This document shows positions 19,396-28,985 of a stretch of 64,000 nt of DNA, piece after piece (within the stretch, counting starts at the first letter, position 1; the number at the start of each line of letters is the position of its first letter). Location of the stretch: the IMG/VR virus record IMGVR_UViG_3300006919_000039; one strand, given 5' to 3'. Below the pieces are notes generated by a model that saw only the letters and a program-made list of their open reading frames with translations, was not told where the DNA came from and searched no databases. Origin of the DNA: an uncultured virus (IMG/VR IMGVR_UViG_3300006919_000039). Taxonomy: Duplodnaviria > Heunggongvirae > Uroviricota > Caudoviricetes. The position numbers were made by a program, and so were the translations under genes.

Positions 19396-19532
19396 AACAA
19401 AACGAATTAGAAATAGAAAGTGGTTGGTCAGACGAAGAACGAAAGGCTTGGTTAGACAAAAAAGCCAGGCCTGATGGATTTATTTTTGATGAAATAAAAA
19501 AAGAACAACAGGAAAATAAAAAGGAAAATTAA
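19389..19532 (+). CDS. 47-aa microprotein (not in ORF track)
   Basis: MVEQNELEIESGWSDEERKAWLDKKARPDGFIFDEIKKEQQENKKEN*; TAATG-coupled to the next gene. Confidence 0.55.
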   Translation: MVEQNELEIESGWSDEERKAWLDKKARPDGFIFDEIKKEQQENKKEN

Positions 19533-21064
19533 TGTACGATTTAGGAAAAACACAAAAAGATTATGCAATTTATTTGCCTGCTATTAGTAGTTTCTATGTA
19601 AAGCAGTTAGACAAACTTCAGAAAGAAGGAGCACCAAGAGTACCTGAAGGTCTAGAATTAGGTCATGAAGGCATGGATTTCTTAAAAGATAAAGATACTT
19701 ATTGGCATTATCCTTGGGGATTATATTCAGCCGGTCATGCTCAGTTAGATTTAAATAAATTAGACACTGAGCCTATGATAACTGACAGAGACAGAAATAA
19801 AACACTTATACTTGGTGACTCAGGTGGTTTCCAGATTGCTACAGGTGTTATTAAAATGGATTGGGCTAATGCAATTAATCCTAATGATCCTGAAAGAGAA
19901 AAACTTGTAGAAAAAATTCTTAAATGGGAAGAAGAACAATGTGATTGGGCAATGACTTTAGACGTTCCTCCTTTTGCGGCTTTCCCTCCTTTTAATAAGA
20001 AAACAGGATTAGAAACTTTTGAACAAACAATGCAGATCAGTTTATATAACTTAGACTACTATATGAAGAACAGAACACCAGGCAAGTGTAAGTTTTTAAA
20101 TGTTATGAGTGGTGTAGATGAACCTACTTGTGAAGAGTGGTATGAAAAAGTAAAACATTTTAGTGATCCTAAATTTTGCCAAGAAGCATATGGTAATAGT
20201 GAACTTGCATTGGAAGGATATGCATTTGCTGACTTACAAAAACGTAATATGAGAATGGCACTAAGACGTATCCTTAAATTAAGAGAAGATGGATTACTAG
20301 AAGGCAAAGGCTGGATACATTTCTTGGGTACAGGTAAACTTGACTGGGCATGTTATTTAACTAGCATACAAAGAATGTTAAGAAAACATGATAGTCCAGA
20401 AATATGTTTGAGTATGGATGCCGCAAGTCCATTTGTTAATAGTGCATATGGTAGTACATATACCCATAACAGTTTCCATCCTAAAAAGTTCAGTTACTTA
20501 ATGGATAGGGCAATAGATAATCAGGCACTTAAAGGATCTAAGTTACCTATGCCTTTTGCACACTCTCCTATAATGAGCAGACTAACTGCTGGAGATATTT
20601 GTGCAATGGCAGAAGGAGACTTAGACAGAAACGGTAAAGCAAAAGGTCCAGACAGTACAAGTTGGGACACACAAAGTTACTTATATTATATGGGACATAG
20701 TGTCTACAATCATATTACTGCGGTACAAGAAGCAAACAGACTAGCAGATGTAGAAAGATTTAGAGCTAATATTCATTATACTGATTACATTAATGATAAA
20801 AAGTCAGGTAAGAGTAATGAATTTAGTCCTTATGTTCCTGCAAAAGCATTATACTTTGACAGTTTCTGTCAGGAAGTATTAGACCCTGCTTGTCCTAATC
20901 CATATGAATTAATAGAAGAAAATATTAAACTGTTAGATGAGATGAGTTTTGGTGCTAAAACTAATGCAGGATTTGGTGCATTTTTTGAAGAAGAAGAGTT
21001 TGACCAAGACGATGATGTAAATGCAATGACACACGAAATAATGTCAGGAGATTTTGAGGCATGA
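19532..21064 (+). CDS. dpdA: TGT-fold guanine transglycosylase, DpdA-like (7-deazaguanine insertion into DNA)
   Basis: DSGGFQ, MTLDVP, IHFLG and DAASP motifs; clustered with folE, queE and a queD-like gene. Confidence 0.8.
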   Translation: MYDLGKTQKDYAIYLPAISSFYVKQLDKLQKEGAPRVPEGLELGHEGMDFLKDKDTYWHYPWGLYSAGHAQLDLNKLDTEPMITDRDRNKTLILGDSGGFQIATGVIKMDWANAINPNDPEREKLVEKILKWEEEQCDWAMTLDVPPFAAFPPFNKKTGLETFEQTMQISLYNLDYYMKNRTPGKCKFLNVMSGVDEPTCEEWYEKVKHFSDPKFCQEAYGNSELALEGYAFADLQKRNMRMALRRILKLREDGLLEGKGWIHFLGTGKLDWACYLTSIQRMLRKHDSPEICLSMDAASPFVNSAYGSTYTHNSFHPKKFSYLMDRAIDNQALKGSKLPMPFAHSPIMSRLTAGDICAMAEGDLDRNGKAKGPDSTSWDTQSYLYYMGHSVYNHITAVQEANRLADVERFRANIHYTDYINDKKSGKSNEFSPYVPAKALYFDSFCQEVLDPACPNPYELIEENIKLLDEMSFGAKTNAGFGAFFEEEEFDQDDDVNAMTHEIMSGDFEA

Positions 21065-21537
21065 TATTTTCGGTTGGTAAAGAAATAGATAGAACTATTT
21101 GCAAAGGCAAAGAAACTTTGTTTGTTTCTGGTTGGCAACCTAAAGAAGAAATATTAGCAAGAGCTCTTAATCAAAAAATAAATTATATACATTTTACAGA
21201 TTTTAATCCTGTATTAGGAAAACAGTTTAACTTATGGGAAAAATTAATTAAAGATTTGTTAAAAGTAAAAGATTTAGTTGTATCATTAGAATTTGAACCA
21301 AAGTATTGCAGAGATATAATTGAAATGAAATTTAATGAAAAAGAAAATTTTGTGCCTATTATATGCTTTTGTATTCCAGATGCAGAAAAATTTAATATTA
21401 ATTCCAGTTTTAAAATAACAGATAAATGGTTTGCAGGTAGTAATGAAGGTATGTGGACCGCCCCTTTAACTAATTTGTTTAAAAAATCATATTTAAATAG
21501 TTGGCACAAATATATGGGAAGAACAGAAATACTATGA
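21061..21537 (+). CDS. Hypothetical protein coupled to dpdA
   Basis: ATGA overlap; G.E......G.ETLFV and FKITD...SNEGMW. Confidence 0.65.
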   Translation: MIFSVGKEIDRTICKGKETLFVSGWQPKEEILARALNQKINYIHFTDFNPVLGKQFNLWEKLIKDLLKVKDLVVSLEFEPKYCRDIIEMKFNEKENFVPIICFCIPDAEKFNINSSFKITDKWFAGSNEGMWTAPLTNLFKKSYLNSWHKYMGRTEIL

Positions 21538-21722
21538 AATTTAACTTGACAGGAACCGACAAACATAATATAATATCAACATTAGAGTTTGATGCTGACT
21601 TATCTGAACAGGAAGATTTAGAAATAGCACTTATAAAAATTTTAATATTTTTAGAAAAACATGGTGCTGATTTTCCCGATGAGTTTCAAGACTTTATTGA
21701 GGAATATTTAGATGAAGAATAA
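21534..21722 (+). CDS. Hypothetical acidic protein
   Basis: ATGA overlap at 21534. Confidence 0.55.
   Translation: MKFNLTGTDKHNIISTLEFDADLSEQEDLEIALIKILIFLEKHGADFPDEFQDFIEEYLDEE
21546..21574 (+). promoter_or_regulatory. Internal sigma70 promoter
   Basis: TTGACA-N17-TATAAT inside a small ORF. Confidence 0.55.
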
Positions 21723-21894
21723 ACAGCAAAAAAATAAATTTGTGCAAGACCTTTTAAAAGGTGTTACTGTAAATGAAGAAGGTGAAGAAGTACAAGAAGA
21801 ACTTCCTACTGATTTTGAATCATATGAAGAGGCAGTTAAATTTGCATTAAACAAAGCAAAAAATTTTAAACCTAAAGCAGATGGAAATAATTAA
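21712..21894 (+). CDS. Hypothetical protein
   Basis: SD GAGG; 60 aa. Confidence 0.55.
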   Translation: MKNKQQKNKFVQDLLKGVTVNEEGEEVQEELPTDFESYEEAVKFALNKAKNFKPKADGNN

Positions 21895-22005
21895 AAAGGA
21901 TAATGATAGTAATTAAAGAACATAGTCCATATGGACATGTAGTTTTGAAGGAAAGACCTTTAGAATTTAACAACGAAGGTAAGACTTCAAAAAGAGGAAA
22001 ATAGA

Positions 22006-22203
22006 ATGGCGACAGGAAAAGTAAAATGGTTTGATTCAAGTAAAGGATTTGGATTTATAGCACCAGACGATGGCAGTAAAGATGTGTTTGCACATCATAC
22101 AGCAATAGCAGGTGATGGATATAAGTCTTTACAAGAAGATCAAGCAGTTACATATGACGTTACTGAAGGTGCGAAAGGACCACAGGCAAGTAACATAGTA
22201 TAA
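22006..22203 (+). CDS. cspA: Cold-shock protein
   Basis: GKVKWF, RNP1 KGFGFI, RNP2 VFAH, GAKGPQA. Confidence 0.97.
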   Translation: MATGKVKWFDSSKGFGFIAPDDGSKDVFAHHTAIAGDGYKSLQEDQAVTYDVTEGAKGPQASNIV

Positions 22204-22213
22204 GGAGAATTGT

Positions 22214-22594
22214 ATGAGAAGTATTTGGGTAACATTTAGTAAAGAAGGTATACATAAGTATCCTGCGGCATTAGAAGATCCTAAGTTGGCAACTGGTGAC
22301 GAATACGACGTATCCTTTTTAGGATACCCTCATAGACATATTTTTCACTTTAAGGTATGGATAGAAATATACCATGCTGATAGAGAAATAGAATTTATAC
22401 AGTTTAAAAGATGGTTGGAAAAATTATATGGCGAAAGTATTATCCAACTAGATTTTAAATCGTGTGAAATGATTGCTGATGACTTGGCTGAGCAAATTAA
22501 AGCGAAATATCCAGGTCGTTGGCTTAAAATATCCGTAGCCGAAGATAATGAAAACGGTTGCGAAATGGAATATCCAATAGAAGGAGAAAAATAA
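22214..22594 (+). CDS. QueD-like T-fold protein with the DpdL-type LxxxHRHxF motif
   Basis: LGYPHRHIF, SCEMIA, VAED; lies within the deazaguanine cluster. Confidence 0.7.
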   Translation: MRSIWVTFSKEGIHKYPAALEDPKLATGDEYDVSFLGYPHRHIFHFKVWIEIYHADREIEFIQFKRWLEKLYGESIIQLDFKSCEMIADDLAEQIKAKYPGRWLKISVAEDNENGCEMEYPIEGEK

Positions 22595-22770
22595 TGGAAA
22601 ATCATTTAAAACTAAAAGCACTATTTGAAGAATATCAAATGGAACAAGAAAAATTTGAGATTAACGGTGTTAAGGCATCAGCCGCTAGAGCAAGAAAGGC
22701 TCTCATGGAAATTTCAAAACTTTGTAAAGTTAGAAGAACTGAAATCCAAGACAAAAAGAACTCTATGTAA
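22594..22770 (+). CDS. Histone H1-like (Hc1-type) small protein
   Basis: KFEINGVKASAARARKALMEISKLCKVRR. Confidence 0.7.
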   Translation: MENHLKLKALFEEYQMEQEKFEINGVKASAARARKALMEISKLCKVRRTEIQDKKNSM

Positions 22771-22772
22771 TT

Positions 22773-22928
22773 ATGACTGAAGAGAAGAAGAAGCCTTTAA
22801 TTAAAATTAGCAAAGAGCAGGCAGATAAAAATAACGACTATGCTCAAAGTCTAGACGATGAAATTACTCACGTTGTAGACTATGGAGGAGTCAACGGCTT
22901 AGGAGAGGAAGACAAAGAAGATGAGTAA
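22773..22928 (+). CDS. 51-aa acidic microprotein (not in ORF track)
   Basis: MTEEKKKPLIKISKEQADKNNDYAQSLDDEITHVVDYGGVNGLGEEDKEDE* fills the gap and overlaps the next start. Confidence 0.55.
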   Translation: MTEEKKKPLIKISKEQADKNNDYAQSLDDEITHVVDYGGVNGLGEEDKEDE

Positions 22929-23904
22929 AATAATTTATATACCTTTAGAACACATTGATGGTAGATATACTGTTCATATGGACAGAGATATTGAAAATTA
23001 CCTTAATGAACAGAATATTGAGTATGTAAAAGTTATGCCCACTTACGAAACTCCTCCACTTCCTGAAGGACAATTTTTAAATGCCGCCTTTACTAGCAAA
23101 TTTAAATCTTTACAAATGGCAGAAATATCTGCTATGTTTGAAAGAGGAGAAATTGCTGATGGCGACAGATTCTTTTTTAGTGATATTTGGTTTCCTGGTA
23201 TTGAGAATATTGCCTATATGAAATACTTCAATAAAATTGATGTAAAGATTACAGGCATTATTCATGCAGGAAGTTTTACAGACACAGATTTTGTTCGCGA
23301 TATGGAACGTTGGGCAAAGAATTTTGAAGACATTATATTTGATATAAGTGATACAATTTTTTGTGCAAGTGAATTTATCAGACAAGATATTATTAAAAAA
23401 CGTATCGTGAGCCCTGACAAGTTAGTTGTTACAGGATTACCTGTAGACTACACAGGGCTCGATTCACACAAAGGCCAACAAAAAGAAAACATTGTTATCT
23501 TTAATGGCAGAATTTGTGATGAAAAACAACCTTGGTTGTTTGATGAATTAGCAAAACAAGTTTCTGAAAGAGTTGATGTTCCTGTTAGATTTGTGAAGAC
23601 ACAGGAAGAAAACTTATCTAAGGAGGAGTATTATGCTCTACTTGGTAAAAGTAAGGCTATAGTAAGTTATGCCTTACAGGAAAACTTCGGTTTCGGTGTT
23701 GCTGAAGCCGTGTATTTAGGTTGTACACCTGTACTGCCTAATAGGTTAGTGTATCCTGAACTATATCCTGACTTTAAACTGTTTGACAGATTTGAAGAAA
23801 GTGTGGATATGGTTGTAGAGGCTATTACTAACTTTAATTTTAATGGAGTTTCTGCTTGTGATTCACAGCAAGTACTTGACTCCTGGTTTAGTGAGAAAAG
23901 ATGA
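22921..23904 (+). CDS. GT-B (family 4-like) glycosyltransferase
   Basis: FNGRICDEKQ and QENFGFGVAEAVYLGC (EX7E motif), PNRLVYPE. Confidence 0.85.
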   Translation: MSKIIYIPLEHIDGRYTVHMDRDIENYLNEQNIEYVKVMPTYETPPLPEGQFLNAAFTSKFKSLQMAEISAMFERGEIADGDRFFFSDIWFPGIENIAYMKYFNKIDVKITGIIHAGSFTDTDFVRDMERWAKNFEDIIFDISDTIFCASEFIRQDIIKKRIVSPDKLVVTGLPVDYTGLDSHKGQQKENIVIFNGRICDEKQPWLFDELAKQVSERVDVPVRFVKTQEENLSKEEYYALLGKSKAIVSYALQENFGFGVAEAVYLGCTPVLPNRLVYPELYPDFKLFDRFEESVDMVVEAITNFNFNGVSACDSQQVLDSWFSEKR

Positions 23905-24857
23905 ATAATGAAGATAAAACTATACTAGTAACCGGCGGAAGTGGGTTTATTGGTAGTGTTACCTGTAAACTACTAGTAGAGTCAGGTTTTAATGTAATTA
24001 ATATTGACAGAGTAAAACGTCAGTTAGACGGTGTTACTCAGTATCCTTTTGATATTGATAACCATCAATTAAAAGGTGTTATAGAACTTACAAAACCCGA
24101 TGCTGTTATTCATTTGGCGGCTGACCATAGTGTACCTGAGAGTTTAGTAAATCCAGCATCTACATATAATAATAATGTTGCAAATACTATATCTCTTTTA
24201 GATCATTCTATCAATGCAGGAGTAAAACATTTTGTGTTTAGTAGTTCAAGCTCTGTTTATGGAGACTCAGATAGTCTTCTTAATACTGAGAGCGACGAAA
24301 CTAATCCTAAAACTCCTTATGGTAGAAGTAAATTAATGATAGAAAATGTATTAAAAGATTTTTCAGAAGCATACGATTTTAATTTTGCTAGTTTAAGATA
24401 TTTTAATGCGGCAGGTAGTTATGAAGGTTTGGGATATCAATTAAATCCTAAACAACATTTAATTCCTATTTTAGTAGAAAAGGTTCTTAATGGAGAAACA
24501 TTTACTATAAATGGAGATGATTATGATACGCCAGATGGAACATGTATTAGAGATTACACTCATGTTTTTGATATAGCGGTTGCACACATATCAGCATTAC
24601 ATTACTTAATGGATGGTGGCGACAGCAATATATTTAACATTGGTGGCGGCTCTGGTTCTAGTATTAAACAAGTTATTGCAGAAGTAGAAAAGCAATCAAA
24701 TAAAACAGTGAATGTGAAAGTTGGTCCAAAAAGAGAAGGCGATGCTGAAAGAACAGACGCCAACATAGCCAAAGCATTTGAAATGACTGGTTGGGAACCA
24801 CAATATTCACTGGAAGATATTGTAAAAGACGAAATTGCTTATCAAGATAAAAAATAG
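23901..24857 (+). CDS. galE: UDP-glucose 4-epimerase
   Basis: TGGSGFIGS, SSSSSVYG, YGRSK, LRYFNAAG, DGTCIRDY. Confidence 0.92.
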   Translation: MNNEDKTILVTGGSGFIGSVTCKLLVESGFNVINIDRVKRQLDGVTQYPFDIDNHQLKGVIELTKPDAVIHLAADHSVPESLVNPASTYNNNVANTISLLDHSINAGVKHFVFSSSSSVYGDSDSLLNTESDETNPKTPYGRSKLMIENVLKDFSEAYDFNFASLRYFNAAGSYEGLGYQLNPKQHLIPILVEKVLNGETFTINGDDYDTPDGTCIRDYTHVFDIAVAHISALHYLMDGGDSNIFNIGGGSGSSIKQVIAEVEKQSNKTVNVKVGPKREGDAERTDANIAKAFEMTGWEPQYSLEDIVKDEIAYQDKK

Positions 24858-24858
24858 T

Positions 24859-24886
24859 TTGACAATAACATAAAACCTGCTATACT
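24859..24886 (+). promoter_or_regulatory. Sigma70 promoter
   Basis: TTGACA-N16-TATACT with TG extension; predicted start is close to the ATG, so the mRNA may be leaderless. Confidence 0.7.
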
Positions 24887-24892
24887 ATACAT

Positions 24893-25384
24893 ATGGAAAA
24901 ATTATATTACTCTAACGATGATCTGCGTAATGATCTTAGTGAAATAACAAGACAAATCCATATCAGCGACTTTAAGCCTGATGTAGTAATTGGACCTGGT
25001 AGAGGAGCCTATGTAATGGGCGTAATGCTGAGTCACTACTTTGAAGTTCCTTTCCATGGCTTTGAATGGCAAACTAGAGATCATGAAATGATCAAGGAAT
25101 CCACTAGGTTGGAAACAATTTTGTCTAAATACAGTAGTGATGATATTTTACTTGTTGATGACATAAATGATTCAGGACATACTTTAAATGGTATTAAAGG
25201 TGTCGTTGACTTATGGGACTCACAAGAAAATAATAACCTTTTGGCATTGCATGAAGGCATAAAGTATGCTACACTATTTGATAAAGAGAGTAGTGCATTT
25301 GAGCATGTAAGTTTTACAGGTAATGTAGTTACTCCAGAAGAAGAAAAATGGATTGTATTTCCTTATGAGGAGTGGTGGAAGTGA
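24893..25384 (+). CDS. Type I phosphoribosyltransferase (xanthine/guanine PRT-like)
   Basis: GRG, PRPP loop LLVDDINDSGHT, C-terminal WIVFPYE. Confidence 0.85.
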   Translation: MEKLYYSNDDLRNDLSEITRQIHISDFKPDVVIGPGRGAYVMGVMLSHYFEVPFHGFEWQTRDHEMIKESTRLETILSKYSSDDILLVDDINDSGHTLNGIKGVVDLWDSQENNNLLALHEGIKYATLFDKESSAFEHVSFTGNVVTPEEEKWIVFPYEEWWK

Positions 25385-25587
25385 GTACGGTACAAAGTCT
25401 AACAAATCATTTAAAACATTTGGAAGACATGCACCGAGAACTAGATAAAAAGATTACAAGGCATTGGGAACATCATGATAGTGATGATAAAGTTAGGCAG
25501 GAAAAGTTTGAGAAACTTGCTCTTAAAAGAGAAATTGAAGAGCTAAAAATTAAAATCGAGGAAATAAAGCAGAATGGAGACGAGTAA
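25381..25587 (+). CDS. DUF465/YdcH-like coiled-coil protein
   Basis: GTGA overlap; HRELDKKI...EKLALKREI. Confidence 0.55.
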   Translation: MSTVQSLTNHLKHLEDMHRELDKKITRHWEHHDSDDKVRQEKFEKLALKREIEELKIKIEEIKQNGDE

Positions 25588-26263
25588 AAAGATAAAGCAA
25601 AGATTAGTTGAAGCCGGTAAAAGGCATTGGGCTGGAGACAATATTGCTGACTTTATCCAAGAGGGAGAAAAACAACAATTAATTGACGAACTTGCAGTTA
25701 AGTTTGAAGATGTATTACAAGGCTTAGTAATTGATACTGAGAATGACCCTAACAGTAATGACACTGGTAGACGTCTTGCTAAAATGTATATTAATGAACT
25801 AATGGCTGGTAGGTATGAAGTAATGCCTAAAGCCACAGCATTTCCTAACGATACAGATGAGAGATATGAGGGTATGTTGGTTGTTAGATGTGAGCTTACA
25901 AGTATGTGTTCACACCATCATCAGATAGTAAGAGGTGTAGCATACATTGGTATTATTGCCTCAGATAAACTAATTGGTTTGAGTAAGTACACTAGAATTG
26001 CACAATGGTGTGCGGCCAGAGGCACACTTCAAGAAGAACTTGCAAACGACATTGCTAGAGAAATACAAAAGGCAACAGGCGCCAAACACCTAGGAGTTTA
26101 TGTACAAGCAACACACGGTTGTGTAGAAAATAGAGGTGTTAGGGCACATAGTAGTCTTACACAAACAACTGTATTAAAAGGTCAGTTTTTTGATGATTAT
26201 GGTACTAAGAAAGAGTTTTTTGATAATATTAAATTACAGCAACAATATGCATGTGACAAATAA
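25574..26263 (+). CDS. folE: GTP cyclohydrolase I
   Basis: SMCSHH, GLSK, LQE, HGCVENRGV. Confidence 0.95.
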   Translation: METSKKIKQRLVEAGKRHWAGDNIADFIQEGEKQQLIDELAVKFEDVLQGLVIDTENDPNSNDTGRRLAKMYINELMAGRYEVMPKATAFPNDTDERYEGMLVVRCELTSMCSHHHQIVRGVAYIGIIASDKLIGLSKYTRIAQWCAARGTLQEELANDIAREIQKATGAKHLGVYVQATHGCVENRGVRAHSSLTQTTVLKGQFFDDYGTKKEFFDNIKLQQQYACDK

Positions 26264-26766
26264 TGAGTAGTATTGTAAACATAAATGGTCATTTAGTAAT
26301 AGGTAAATTACAAGTACCTGTAAGAAATATTACTGACTATATTTTAAACAGATATTCTTTAGAGGAAATCCGTAAAAGATTTCCTGTAACAACAGATGAA
26401 ATTTTTGAGTGTTTAGATGCTATTGCTGACCATGATACTATTCAAGTAAATGATAGATTAGTTGTAGTTAATCAGTCAACAGACAAAGACAACATTTTAC
26501 TTGTTACAACCAATATTTCAGATATTATTTTTTTAAAAATATTACAATTTGGGTATTTAAAAACTCCAAATGAAAATGATTTAAATAAATTATTTGATAT
26601 AGGATTTAGAGAATTAGCAATAGAATCTTTTGAAGATAAGATTGCAGGAACAGGTGTAGTAGAACAAAGTAGTGAAATACATAGTATTGTTAGTAGTGCT
26701 ATAGAAAATGCTATACCTGAAATAACAACAGAAGAAATTTTAAGATATTTAAAAGATGAAACTTAG
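26263..26766 (+). CDS. Hypothetical protein with a DUF433-like N-terminal HTH
   Basis: VPV..I......YSLEEI...FP.T.DEI..CL pattern. Confidence 0.45.
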   Translation: MSSIVNINGHLVIGKLQVPVRNITDYILNRYSLEEIRKRFPVTTDEIFECLDAIADHDTIQVNDRLVVVNQSTDKDNILLVTTNISDIIFLKILQFGYLKTPNENDLNKLFDIGFRELAIESFEDKIAGTGVVEQSSEIHSIVSSAIENAIPEITTEEILRYLKDET

Positions 26767-27640
26767 ATATAGCGAAGCATTTTACTCAGTACAAGGAGAA
26801 GGCAGATTTGTTGGTGTGCCTAGTGTATTCCTTAGGGTATTTGGTTGCAATTTTGAATGTGCTGGGTTTGGCCAATCACGTGGTGATTTAATTGCTAGTG
26901 ATAAAATGCCTTACATGATAGACCCTAAAGCGGATAAAGATCATCCTGAAGCATACAAAGACATAAGTGAACTTCCAGTAACACCCGTAGGGTGCGATTC
27001 AAGTGCCAGTTGGGCAATGAAGTATAAACATCTACAGTTGACTCGATCTGTAGACGAGGTTTTTGATCACATTACCTCTTTACTCCCAAATGGTACTTTC
27101 ACTGGCCAACACGGTGAAGACATACACTTGGTGATCACAGGTGGTGAACCGCTACTAGGGTGGCAACGTGTTTGGCCAGAGCTTTTAGAAAGATGTAAAA
27201 ACGTTGGACTAAAGAATGTAACATTTGAAACAAATGGTACACAATCAGTTAAAAGCGAATTAATAAATTACTTTAATCTAGTTGGTCAAGACTTGCATGT
27301 TACTTGGAGTACAAGTCCTAAATTAAGTATAAGTGGAGAAAGTACTGATGATGCACTTATACCTGATGCTTTAAGATCAATGAACGAAGTTGAGAACAGT
27401 TATTTGTATAACAAATTTGTTGTAAGAGACAATTTGTGTATAGATGAAGTAGATATGTTTGTCGATAGTTATAAAGAATCTGGCGTAAAATTAGATTCTA
27501 TCTATCTTATGCCTGAGGGTGCTACACTCGAGCAACAAACTCTTACAGAAAAAGGTGTAGCAGAAATCTGTATGAATACAGGATACAAATTTAGTCCCAG
27601 ATTACATATTAATTTATTTGGTAATGCCTGGGGTACTTAG
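26756..27640 (+). CDS. queE: 7-carboxy-7-deazaguanine synthase (radical SAM)
   Basis: EAFYSVQGEG..G.PSVFLR..GCNFEC...CDS, TGGEPL, ETNGT, SPKL, PRLH. Confidence 0.93.
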   Translation: MKLRYSEAFYSVQGEGRFVGVPSVFLRVFGCNFECAGFGQSRGDLIASDKMPYMIDPKADKDHPEAYKDISELPVTPVGCDSSASWAMKYKHLQLTRSVDEVFDHITSLLPNGTFTGQHGEDIHLVITGGEPLLGWQRVWPELLERCKNVGLKNVTFETNGTQSVKSELINYFNLVGQDLHVTWSTSPKLSISGESTDDALIPDALRSMNEVENSYLYNKFVVRDNLCIDEVDMFVDSYKESGVKLDSIYLMPEGATLEQQTLTEKGVAEICMNTGYKFSPRLHINLFGNAWGT

Positions 27641-27648
27641 GAGTTATT

Positions 27649-28077
27649 ATGAGTAGAGTTAAAAAATTAACATTAGCAGTTGTAGGAATATTTTTTATAC
27701 TTGCATTTTTATTTTCGCAAAAAGCAAATGCTGATGATAATAAAATTATAGGTTATACTGAACACGGTATTGCTGTTACTAAAAATGACATAGAGATTAA
27801 AAGTGTTAGAGTCGATACAATTAGAAGTTGGAAATGGATAGAAGAAACAGATACATTAAGACTTACACTTAACAGGAAAAAGCAAGTAGATGTCACATTT
27901 TTTAATAGATGTTTTGATATGCCTTATGCTACAGGATTACAATTTAAACCGTGGGGCGGATTTAACAGTATTGGAAAGGGAGATAGTATTATGCCTATAA
28001 GTTGGTCAAATAGAACAGCACTATGGCCGTGTACTATAAAAAGAATAACAGAAGTAATTGAAAAAGAAAATGACTGA
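27649..28077 (+). CDS. Secreted/periplasmic protein with signal peptide
   Basis: Hydrophobic N-terminus ending ANA-D; two Cys. Confidence 0.6.
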   Translation: MSRVKKLTLAVVGIFFILAFLFSQKANADDNKIIGYTEHGIAVTKNDIEIKSVRVDTIRSWKWIEETDTLRLTLNRKKQVDVTFFNRCFDMPYATGLQFKPWGGFNSIGKGDSIMPISWSNRTALWPCTIKRITEVIEKEND

Positions 28078-28486
28078 AAAAACATATATTTTAAAACCTA
28101 AAAACAAAAAAAGTTTAGTGGAAAGAGTTATCTACGAAAAAGACGGAACTGTATTTTCTTACACTGAAGGCTATACCGGTGGCGAGTGGTCTTTTGTTGG
28201 TACTGAAGAACAAATGAAAATGGTACTTCCACCATTAGATGATGACTCTGTAGATATGAATATGCACCCTGATTGGGAATTTGTAGAGTCTGGACAAGGA
28301 CACACAAACAATTGGGAATTTGTAGGACCTGCTGATGCTGAACTTGTAGAAGAAGCAGAGAACATCATGGAAGAAGATGGTCATTGGGCATTAGAAGAAG
28401 CAGGTTGGTGTTATGAAGATACTGAATGGCTTGTTTATAATGGACTTGTATTAACTGAGGAGAAAAAAGATGGCGAAGAAAACTAA
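28070..28486 (+). CDS. Acidic hypothetical protein
   Basis: ATG at 28070 overlapping the upstream gene. Confidence 0.65.
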   Translation: MTEKTYILKPKNKKSLVERVIYEKDGTVFSYTEGYTGGEWSFVGTEEQMKMVLPPLDDDSVDMNMHPDWEFVESGQGHTNNWEFVGPADAELVEEAENIMEEDGHWALEEAGWCYEDTEWLVYNGLVLTEEKKDGEEN

Positions 28487-28985
28487 GTTACCATTTAGTA
28501 TGATGCCTGCTAGTTGGGGTCTTAAAGGTAAGACTCGTGCAATAGCAGAAGCAGAATATTACTATGATGGTGAAGAATTAGAAGAAGTATTAGCAGAACT
28601 TGGAGCAAATAGTGACGAAGATAAATCACTTGCTAAACTTGATGTTCAACTAAAAAATGGCAAAATTGGTCAGTATGAATATGATAAACAAGTTGCTGAA
28701 ATTAAAAAAGAGCCTTATGTAAATGTTTTAAAATTAGATGTAAATCCAGAGAATGCTCAAGCAGGCTATATGGAGTTAGACTGGAACGATCACTTTGTTA
28801 AATTTTTACACGATAATGGATATACTGGTGACAGTGACGAAGCAGTGGTCAACAAATGGTTTAATGATGTTTGTAGAACAGTATTAGTACAGGAAATGGC
28901 TGATCAAGACTATGGACTACAAGAAGAAGGTATGGAAGGACAAGATGTCATCATCAAACAATCTAGAACTGACAGCGAAAACTAA
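28470..28985 (+). CDS. Hypothetical phage protein
   Basis: SD GAGGAG; EPYVNV...GYMELDWN..F...L...GY.G. Confidence 0.7.
   Translation: MAKKTKLPFSMMPASWGLKGKTRAIAEAEYYYDGEELEEVLAELGANSDEDKSLAKLDVQLKNGKIGQYEYDKQVAEIKKEPYVNVLKLDVNPENAQAGYMELDWNDHFVKFLHDNGYTGDSDEAVVNKWFNDVCRTVLVQEMADQDYGLQEEGMEGQDVIIKQSRTDSEN

Noticed and set aside
19532..21064. Ordinary tRNA-guanine transglycosylase (tgt)
   Set aside because: It lacks the CxCxxC zinc-site pattern of bacterial TGT and sits in a phage replication context, so DpdA-like is preferred. A tRNA target is not formally excluded.
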